Assembly: GCA_043816785.1 (NCBI GenBank)
Contig: JBDRHP010000088.1
Location: 1 to 15,686, forward strand
DNA: 15,686 bases
Direction: 5' to 3'
DNA from: Candidatus Margulisiibacteriota bacterium
GTDB taxonomy: Bacteria; Margulisbacteria; WOR-1; O2-12-FULL-45-9
Part shown: positions 7,313-13,774 of the stretch, in pieces
How the letters are laid out: each line of letters begins with the position of its first letter
Position numbering within the stretch: position 1 is the stretch's first letter
The notes under the pieces: generated by a model
Seen by the model: only the letters and a program-made list of their open reading frames with translations
Databases searched by the model: none
What the model was told of the DNA's origin: nothing
Program-made: the position numbers and the translations under genes

Positions 7313-8149
7313 TTAAAATCCGGTACGTTTTTCTTCTGGCTTTTCTACGATCTCAGCCTTGACCAGCCCGGCTTCTTCGATCCTTTGTTCTTCGCTTAAG
7401 ACGTTTACTTCTTCAGGCGTGTCTAAAGGCACCGCGATCTCGTCAGTCTTCTCTTCAATCGGCTTAGCGATTTCTCGACCGGTTATGACTGCTTCAGCCA
7501 CGATGCGGGTCAGCAGCTTGATCGCCCGAATAGCGTCATCGTTGCCCGGCATTGGATATTCAACCTCGTCAGGATCTGCGTTGGTATCAATAATAGCCAC
7601 AATAGGAATGCCCAGCTTTCTGGCTTCATTGACCGCGGTCTGTTCCTTTTTTGTGTCAACGACGAAGACGACGGCTGGCAAGCCGGTCATCTGTCTGATG
7701 CCGCCCAGTCCGCGGACGAGTTTCCTGTGTTCGCGTTCGATCAAGATAACCTCTTTCTTGGGCAAAAGATCAAAAGTTCCTTCTTCCTTCATTTTCTCGA
7801 TCTCGTTGAGCCGGGCGATGTTCTTTTTTAATGTCTTAAAATTGGTCAGAGTGCCGCCCATCCAGCGCTGGTTAACATAGAACATGCCGCAGCGTTTAGC
7901 TTCTTCTTCAATTGCTTCCTGGGCCTGCTTTTTTGTGCCGATAAAGAGAACGGTGCCATTGTTGGCCATGGCGTTTTTAATGAATTCGTAGGCTTTATCG
8001 ATCAGCGGGATCGATTTATTAAGATCTATAACATGGATGTCATTCCGCGCAGCATAGATGTATCTTTTCATTTTTGGATTCCAGCGCTTGCTCTGATGGC
8101 CAAAATGGACACCAGCCTCAAGCAATTCTTTCATACTAACAACCGGCAT
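7313..8149 (-). CDS. rpsB: 30S ribosomal protein S2
   Basis: [45 protein letters not shown], acidic C-terminal tail. SD AAGGAGG. Confidence 0.98.
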   Translation of the reverse strand: MPVVSMKELLEAGVHFGHQSKRWNPKMKRYIYAARNDIHVIDLNKSIPLIDKAYEFIKNAMANNGTVLFIGTKKQAQEAIEEEAKRCGMFYVNQRWMGGTLTNFKTLKKNIARLNEIEKMKEEGTFDLLPKKEVILIEREHRKLVRGLGGIRQMTGLPAVVFVVDTKKEQTAVNEARKLGIPIVAIIDTNADPDEVEYPMPGNDDAIRAIKLLTRIVAEAVITGREIAKPIEEKTDEIAVPLDTPEEVNVLSEEQRIEEAGLVKAEIVEKPEEKRTGF

Positions 8150-8182
8150 TTTTTACCTCCTTATGGGTCAAAACGAGAATTT

Positions 8183-8211
8183 ATCTTATCACAATAGCCT
8201 TAAATTTGCAA
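8183..8211 (-). promoter_or_regulatory. sigma70 promoter of rpsB-tsf-polA
   Basis: Minus strand TTGCAA(8211..8206)-N17-TAAGAT(8188..8183) with an extended -10 TG. Confidence 0.65.
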
Positions 8212-9318
8212 TATCGGCGGCTGTTTCCGGCTAAAAAAGGTTTCCGGAAAGCCATCCAGCGGCCAGCCGCGTTCATCCAGAGACAGGGAGAAATAAGAGG
8301 TAGCATTGTTGGCGAAGTTGCCATAGGGATGATAGGCATAGTGGAAGCCGATGCCGGCAAAATTCAGGCTAACACCGAAAGTAAAATTATTTTGAATGCC
8401 GTTGGGTTGCGGATCCTGGTCCATGCCGCCCCTGAGAGTCAGGAAATGATTGGGCGAGAACTCCAGGCCAAGGTGGGTGGTGGTTGGTTTGGCGCTCTGC
8501 AGGCTAAGGTCTGCGTCGGCCACGGCGGTCAGTTCCAGGGGCGAGAGAATAGCTGACTCGAACTCTTCACCCATCAGAAACATTCTGGTGCCGATCTTGA
8601 TCGACAGGGGTAAATCCTCTTCCTGGCCGCTGCGGTAGTGGATCTTGCCCGAACTTAAGAGGTTCTGGCCGACCAGGCCAAAAGAAAGCCAGCCCAAGCC
8701 TTTTTGGAGGAAACCAACATCAATGTTCATGCCTGAGCCGTAGGCGTCATTGAGTTCATTGCCGTCCTGAGAAAAGAACTTGAGATTAATGCCCAGGGAG
8801 ACTTTTTCCGAAAGTTTCCTGCCGTAGGAAGCCAGCAGCACGCTGTTGCCGAAGTTTGATCTCTGCAGCAGGGTGCCGGCAGTGTCCCGGATATCGATGG
8901 CGGTGACCGCGGCCGCCGCATAGCCGATACCAATGGCGCTTCTTTCTCCCAGCGGATAAACCCCGCCTAAAACTGTGTACTGCACTTCTTCTAATAAACT
9001 GCCGGACATGCTGGTGAACTCAAAGGCGTCAATTTCGCCCAAGCCGGCCGGGTTATTAAAAATAGTGTCACTATTTTCCGCCACGGCAACGTAAGCCTTG
9101 CCCATTCCTAAGGCCCGGGCGCCGACACCAATGGCCAACGGATCGAATGCCGTCTGTGCAAATGACCAAGATACAAGTAACAAGAACCAAGCAATAACCA
9201 AGAAACAAATTCCAATAACCAATTTCGGAATTTTGAATTTTGAATTTGAAATTTGTTTGTATCTTGTATCTTGTTTGTATCTTGTATCTTGTTTCTTGGT
9301 TATTGGTTTATAACCCAT
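8200..9318 (-). CDS. PorV/PorQ-like (FadL-fold) outer-membrane beta-barrel protein with signal peptide
   Basis: 372 aa. IGVGARALGMGKAYVAVA and IFNNPAGL motifs, alternating beta-strands, C-terminal FHYAY...YFSLSL, hydrophobic signal ending SFA-Q. Confidence 0.8.
   Translation of the reverse strand: MGYKPITKKQDTRYKQDTRYKQISNSKFKIPKLVIGICFLVIAWFLLLVSWSFAQTAFDPLAIGVGARALGMGKAYVAVAENSDTIFNNPAGLGEIDAFEFTSMSGSLLEEVQYTVLGGVYPLGERSAIGIGYAAAAVTAIDIRDTAGTLLQRSNFGNSVLLASYGRKLSEKVSLGINLKFFSQDGNELNDAYGSGMNIDVGFLQKGLGWLSFGLVGQNLLSSGKIHYRSGQEEDLPLSIKIGTRMFLMGEEFESAILSPLELTAVADADLSLQSAKPTTTHLGLEFSPNHFLTLRGGMDQDPQPNGIQNNFTFGVSLNFAGIGFHYAYHPYGNFANNATSYFSLSLDERGWPLDGFPETFFSRKQPPILQI
9160..9306. repeat. Inverted array of degenerate heptamer repeats (CAANNNN facing NNNNTTG)
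   Basis: caagata caagtaa caagaac caag caataac caagaaa caaattc caataac caatttc ... tatcttg tatcttg tttcttg gttattg. Perfect 17-bp IR at 9192..9208/9289..9305 and an 18-bp tandem duplication at 9256..9291. Confidence 0.9.
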
Positions 9319-9629
9319 ATCTTCCCCTTGCCAACCCTTTGTCCTGAAGTGGTAACGACCTGATAGAGGTAGATGCCATTGCCGACAATTTCGTTGGAGT
9401 AGCTATATCCATCCCAGCCGGTTTTATTGGTCACGCCGCCTTGCAGGTTAAAGTTCATTCTTTGCATCAGGCGGGCGGACATATCATATATATAGAGCAG
9501 CGCTTCGGTGGTTGTGTCAGAGGTGCACTCAAAGGTTGTGGCCTGTCCGCCAACAGGATTAAAAGGGTTGGGATAGTTGATGACGGTGGCAGCCAGGATC
9601 AATGTTAGTAACCAGCTAAGTTTTTTCAT
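9300..9629 (-). CDS. Small exported protein consisting of a T9SS type A CTD/FlgD-Ig-like sorting domain
   Basis: 109 aa. MKK plus a hydrophobic stretch, then NYPNPFNP, IYDMSAR, WDG, VGNGIYLYQV and a terminal KGKIWV. Confidence 0.75.
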   Translation of the reverse strand: MKKLSWLLTLILAATVINYPNPFNPVGGQATTFECTSDTTTEALLYIYDMSARLMQRMNFNLQGGVTNKTGWDGYSYSNEIVGNGIYLYQVVTTSGQRVGKGKIWVINQ

Positions 9630-9663
9630 GCTTGATAGCCTTTGGGGTCGATTGGGTTAATTA

Positions 9664-9672
9664 TGCTATAAT
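9664..9672 (+). promoter_or_regulatory. Extended -10 promoter for the yggS operon
   Basis: TG-C-TATAAT at 9664..9672, 10 nt before GTG 9683, in a short divergent intergenic region. Confidence 0.6.
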
Positions 9673-9682
9673 AAACAACAAG

Positions 9683-10384
9683 GTGTCAATTAGAGAAAAC
9701 TTGCAAGTTGTTAGAGAGCGGATCAAGCAGGCCGCGCAGTCAGTTCGACGCGACCCCCAGGAAATTAAACTCATTGCCGCGGTTAAAGCCCTGCCCACCG
9801 AGCTGGTTTTAGAAGCCTTAGAAGCCGGCCTCACCGATATTGGTTATAATAAAGTGCAAGAGGCCCAAGCCAAACAGGCAGCCATCAGGGCCAAGTTTCC
9901 TCAGGTAACCTGGCACATGATCGGGCATTTGCAGCGGAATAAAGTTAGACAGGCGCTTGATAATTTTGATATAATACAAACAGTTGACTCGGAACGGCTG
10001 GCAAGGGAAATAGAACTTAGAGCGCAGAGCACGGAATACAGAACACAGGTTCCGATTTTGATCGAAGTTAATACCTCGGGTGAAGAGACAAAATACGGCA
10101 TACCTATTGATTCGACCATTGATTTTTTGCAAAAGATATCTAAATTTGGTAATATTAAAGTCCAAGGCTTAATGACCATAGGCCTCTTTACAAGCGATCT
10201 GGAAAAAGTCAGGCCCTGTTTTAGGCAGTTGAGAGAATTAAGCGAAAAAATTAAAAATTTGAGCCTGCCCAATGTGGAGATGAAATATCTCTCCATGGGC
10301 ATGACTGATGATTTTGAAGTCGCGATCCAGGAAGGCTCAAATATGGTGAGAATTGGCCGAGCAATTTTTGGTCAAAGGAGATGA
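9683..10384 (+). CDS. yggS: YggS/PipY family pyridoxal phosphate homeostasis protein
   Basis: LIAAVK, WHMIGHLQRNKV, IEVNTSGEETKYG, GLMTIG, LSMGMTDDFEVAIQEGSNMVRIGRAIFG. Start moved to GTG 9683 (SIRENL). Confidence 0.95.
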   Translation: MSIRENLQVVRERIKQAAQSVRRDPQEIKLIAAVKALPTELVLEALEAGLTDIGYNKVQEAQAKQAAIRAKFPQVTWHMIGHLQRNKVRQALDNFDIIQTVDSERLAREIELRAQSTEYRTQVPILIEVNTSGEETKYGIPIDSTIDFLQKISKFGNIKVQGLMTIGLFTSDLEKVRPCFRQLRELSEKIKNLSLPNVEMKYLSMGMTDDFEVAIQEGSNMVRIGRAIFGQRR

Positions 10385-10390
10385 TTGAAA

Positions 10391-10831
10391 ATGGTTGAAG
10401 GTCTGTTTAAAAGGGCAAAAGCTTTTATCGGGATGGAAGAAGAAGGAGAAGAAGAAAAGCCATACGGCCAGCAGCTGGATATGTCGACTATTTTAAAGGG
10501 CAAAAGGGAAGCCAAGGGTGAGCCAGGCTATGAGGTCATGGTCTATGAACCAAAGGTTTATGAGGACTCCTTAAATATTTCCACTAATCTGCGTTCCGGC
10601 TCGCCAGTGATCATAAATTTAAAGCATCTTGACCCGACCGAAGGCACCCGCTTAATTGATTTTGTTTGCGGCACGGCTTATGCCATTGACGGGCACATGA
10701 TGAAGATCGGGGAAACCATCTTTCTTTTTACCCCCAATAGTATTGCCATAACTTCTGCAGAGGAACGCTCATCACTCGAGGAAGAAATAACATTTGAACA
10801 GGAAAAGCGAGAAACATTTTTCTCCCGCTAA
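10391..10831 (+). CDS. sepF: Cell division protein SepF
   Basis: EPKVYED, VIINL, RLIDFVCGTAYAIDG, IFLFTP. Synteny with yggS and proC. Start is ATG 10391 or TTG 10385. Confidence 0.92.
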   Translation: MVEGLFKRAKAFIGMEEEGEEEKPYGQQLDMSTILKGKREAKGEPGYEVMVYEPKVYEDSLNISTNLRSGSPVIINLKHLDPTEGTRLIDFVCGTAYAIDGHMMKIGETIFLFTPNSIAITSAEERSSLEEEITFEQEKRETFFSR

Positions 10832-10843
10832 TGAGGTAATAGG

Positions 10844-11641
10844 TTGACAACGATCGGTTTTATTGGCGGCGGCAAGATGGCCGAAGCCATAATTAAAGGT
10901 TTGCTCTCATCTAAAATAGTCGAACCCCATGATATTTGCGCTTTTGATATTGCCGGGAGCCGCTTAAACCAGCTGTTCAAGGCTTTTCGCATCTCGGCTG
11001 ACCTGAAAGATAATCAGCAGGTGCTGGCTAATTCACAGACGGTTATTTTAGCGGTCAAGCCCCAGGATATGGACACGGTCCTGGCTGGCCTGGAAATTAG
11101 CGCTGATAAATTGGTCATTTCTATTGCCGCGGGAATCACCCTGGCTTATCTGGAAAAAAAGTTTCCTGGCCTGCCAGTTGTCCGCGTGATGCCCAACAAC
11201 CCGGCGTTGGTCCAGGCGGGGATCTCGGCGATCGCCGCCGGAAAAAACGCTAAAAGGGAACATCTGGAGCAGGCCAAAAAGATCTTTGGGGCGGTTGGCC
11301 AGGTGGTGGAAGTTGATGAAAAACTAATGGACGCGATTACCGGGCTTTCCGGTTCTGGGCCAGCTTTTGTATATCTGGTTATCGAGGCTCTGGCCAAGGC
11401 TGGAGAGGATCTGGGGATCGATAAGAAAGAAGCTGAGAAACTGGCGATCGGCACTGTTATGGGCGCAGCCCAGACCATGCTGCAGACAGGCAAGTCGGCT
11501 TCAGAGCTCAGGGAAATGGTTGCCTCGCCGGGCGGCACCACAATCGCCGGCTTAAAAGTCCTGGAAGAAAAGAAATTTTTTGCTGCCCTGGTGGAAGCGG
11601 TTAAAGCAGCAGCGGAAAGATCCAAAAAATTAAGTAAGTAA
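10844..11641 (+). CDS. proC: Pyrroline-5-carboxylate reductase
   Basis: IGFIGGGKMA, LAVKPQ, ISIAAG, RVMPN, TGLSGSGPAFVY, VASPGGTTIAG. TTG start with SD GAGGT. Confidence 0.97.
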   Translation: MTTIGFIGGGKMAEAIIKGLLSSKIVEPHDICAFDIAGSRLNQLFKAFRISADLKDNQQVLANSQTVILAVKPQDMDTVLAGLEISADKLVISIAAGITLAYLEKKFPGLPVVRVMPNNPALVQAGISAIAAGKNAKREHLEQAKKIFGAVGQVVEVDEKLMDAITGLSGSGPAFVYLVIEALAKAGEDLGIDKKEAEKLAIGTVMGAAQTMLQTGKSASELREMVASPGGTTIAGLKVLEEKKFFAALVEAVKAAAERSKKLSK

Positions 11642-11643
11642 CA

Positions 11644-11715
11644 TATGGAACCTGAGACTGAACGTCTCGGTTCCATAACGTTTAAGGAACCGCGAAGTTT
11701 ATTCGCAGGTTCCTT
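11644..11715. repeat. Intergenic inverted doublet (REPIN-like) of the 28-bp palindromic element
   Basis: GGAACCTGAGACTGAACGTCTCGGTTCC (11647..11674), an 11-nt spacer, then GGAACCGCGAAGTTTATTCGCAGGTTCC (11686..11713). The second is a reverse-complement variant of the first. Confidence 0.92.
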
Positions 11716-11727
11716 GGAAAAATAAGC

Positions 11728-11985
11728 ATGGACTTCATAATTTTTGTTGTCAATTTTCTTTTTTCAGCTTCTTATGTGCTTTTGGCTGTCAGAGCTGTTT
11801 TGCCCTGGATCCGGCACAATAAACAGGATTCGCTGCTCCGACCGATCTATTTATTGACCGATCCGGTCTTGTCAGTTATTCGGCTGGGACTGCCGCCGGC
11901 CAGGATCGGCATGGATGTCTCGCCCTATGTGGTGATCGTTCTGCTCTGGATCGCTCAAAAGGTGATTTTGAAGATGTTGTCGTAA
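11728..11985 (+). CDS. yggT: YggT (YlmG) family membrane protein
   Basis: 85 aa, hydrophobic. RAVLPW, LTDPVL, GMDVSP motifs. Synteny with yggS-sepF-proC. Confidence 0.88.
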   Translation: MDFIIFVVNFLFSASYVLLAVRAVLPWIRHNKQDSLLRPIYLLTDPVLSVIRLGLPPARIGMDVSPYVVIVLLWIAQKVILKMLS

Positions 11986-12103
11986 GTCGGTATTGGTATC
12001 GGTAACGTCTCGGTTTAGTTTTGGTTGTGGATGTTGTCAGCACAAGAACGATAACAAAACCCATAACGAGACTAAATACGATACCGATACCCAAACCAAA
12101 AAC
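11976..12103. repeat. Imperfect inverted array of degenerate hexamer repeats filling the yggT-pfkB intergenic region
   Basis: GT-rich arm (gtcggt attggt atcggt ... tagttt tggttg) faces a CA-rich arm (acgata acaaaa cccata acgaga ... acgata ccgata cccaaa ccaaaa). Confidence 0.75.
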
Positions 12104-12115
12104 AGGAGGCATTAG

Positions 12116-13036
12116 ATGTCAGTTTTAATCGTTGGCTCCATTGGTCTAGATACAGTTGAAACGCCTTTTGGCAAGAAACAGGATATCCTGGGTGGTTCAG
12201 CTATCCATGCTTCGATCTCCTCCAGTTTCTACGCTGACACGGCCATCGTTGGCGTGGCTGGCAGCGATTTTCCCAAGGAGTATTTGGAGTTTTTAAGATC
12301 CAGGAACATTGATGTCGAGGGCATCCAGATTTTACCGGGAGAGACTTTTCGCTGGTCAGGCTATTATGAATACGATATGAACCAGGCCCATACCAAGGAT
12401 ACCAAGCTAAATGTTTATACCCTGTTTGATCCCAAGATCCCTGATAAGCTCAAGGATGCTGAATTTGTTTTTCTGGCTAACCTTGACCCTGAGCTGCAGC
12501 TCAAGGTCCTTGATCAATTGAAAAAGCCAAAACTGGTGGCCATGGATACCATGAATTTTTGGATCGAAAATAAGCGGGAGGCTTTGCACGAAGTGATCAA
12601 GCGGGTGGATGTTGTTTTAATGAACGATGGCGAGGCCCGCCAATTTATGGAAACCCCGAATATTCCGATCGCTGCTGCGCGTCTCCTGAAACTGGGCGCG
12701 AAATCCGTGATCATTAAAAAAGGCGAACACGGAGCCTTGCTGTTCTCAGCTGACGGCCATTTTTCCGCGCCGTCGTACCCGCAGGATATGCTGCGCGATC
12801 CCACCGGGGCGGGGGACTCGTTTGCCGGCGGCTTTATCGGCCATTTGGCCAAAACAGATGATCTGTCCGAGGGCAATATCCGTCGGGCGATCATTGTTGG
12901 CTCGGTCATGGCTTCTTACAATGTCGAGGATTTCAGCCTTGACCGGATGAAACGGCTGACACCGAAGGAGATCTTTGGACGCTTTGAAGAATTTCGGCGC
13001 TTTTCCGAATTCGAAGCGATAGCTGCGCCGCATTAA
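12116..13036 (+). CDS. PfkB/ribokinase family sugar or nucleoside kinase
   Basis: VGSIGLDTVETPFG, LGGSA, DTMNFWI, KKGEHGA, DPTGAGDSFAGGF. SD AGGAGG. Confidence 0.93.
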   Translation: MSVLIVGSIGLDTVETPFGKKQDILGGSAIHASISSSFYADTAIVGVAGSDFPKEYLEFLRSRNIDVEGIQILPGETFRWSGYYEYDMNQAHTKDTKLNVYTLFDPKIPDKLKDAEFVFLANLDPELQLKVLDQLKKPKLVAMDTMNFWIENKREALHEVIKRVDVVLMNDGEARQFMETPNIPIAAARLLKLGAKSVIIKKGEHGALLFSADGHFSAPSYPQDMLRDPTGAGDSFAGGFIGHLAKTDDLSEGNIRRAIIVGSVMASYNVEDFSLDRMKRLTPKEIFGRFEEFRRFSEFEAIAAPH

Positions 13037-13054
13037 AAACTAGGAGGAGAAATA

Positions 13055-13774
13055 ATGATTAAGGAGTTTCAAAGGATCGGTAAGTTTTTGTTTCAAGAAG
13101 GATTAATTGATTCGCATGGCGGTAATATGAGCCTGTTGGAGGGAGATCGGATCTTCATCACCCGCCGGGATTCCATGCTGGGGGACCTTAGGGAAAGCGA
13201 TATTGTTGAAGTTGGTCTGGAGACTGGGCCGGAAGACGGGCAGGCCTCGCGGGAATTGCCGACCCATCGGGCTATTTACAAGCTGGGCAAAGCCAAGGCC
13301 ATAGTCCACGCGCATTCCGCGAATGCTATTGCGCTGTCTATTACCGACAATAAGATCGTGCCGCAGGATGCCGAAGGCCTGTACTTTTATAAGGCCGCGC
13401 CGATCGTTCGGGTGCGTGACGGTATTGGTTCGGAAGAGACCGTTCGCCTGCTGCCGAATTTTTTGGGCGGCGAGAATGTGATTGCCGTGGTCAAGAGCCA
13501 CGGTAGTTTTGCTGTTGGCAATAGTTTGGCCGAGGCCTACAAGTACACTTCATCCTTAGAAAATTCCTGCAAGATCATTGTGGCCATAAGATCTTCTGGC
13601 GGTAGAGGACCAGGTTCAGGAGGAGGAAGAGTACCAGGAGTAGGGGGGAGAGACATAGGACAAGGACGGGGCCCGGTAGGCGGGGGACATGGACGAAGAG
13701 ACAAGGGTGGATATAAGTCAGCCATTCCGCCCGGCATCGGAGTTATGGACAGAAGCCGGCGCCACAAACGATGA
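13055..13774 (+). CDS. Class II aldolase/adducin family protein (fuculose-phosphate aldolase-like) with Gly/Arg-rich C-terminal tail
   Basis: GGNMS, ASRELPTHRAIY, IVHAHS and KSHG Zn-binding motifs. SD AGGAGG. Confidence 0.88.
   Translation: MIKEFQRIGKFLFQEGLIDSHGGNMSLLEGDRIFITRRDSMLGDLRESDIVEVGLETGPEDGQASRELPTHRAIYKLGKAKAIVHAHSANAIALSITDNKIVPQDAEGLYFYKAAPIVRVRDGIGSEETVRLLPNFLGGENVIAVVKSHGSFAVGNSLAEAYKYTSSLENSCKIIVAIRSSGGRGPGSGGGRVPGVGGRDIGQGRGPVGGGHGRRDKGGYKSAIPPGIGVMDRSRRHKR

Noticed and set aside
9632..9682. TTG 9632 start for yggS
   Set aside because: It spans the divergent promoter region including TGnTATAAT and has no SD. Family similarity starts near GTG 9683.
11644..11715. Rho-independent terminator after proC
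   Set aside because: The hairpins lack a U-tract on the plus strand, and identical sequence occurs inside polA, so a repeat element explains them better.
11876..12112. 78-aa minus-strand hydrophobic ORF
   Set aside because: It is a by-product of the hexamer array, antisense to yggT, with no SD or recognisable family.
379..13767. Other antisense or alternative-frame ORFs (e.g. 5633..6175, 7359..7880, 11146..11676, 12514..12909)
   Set aside because: They are embedded in well-supported genes and have no motifs of their own.
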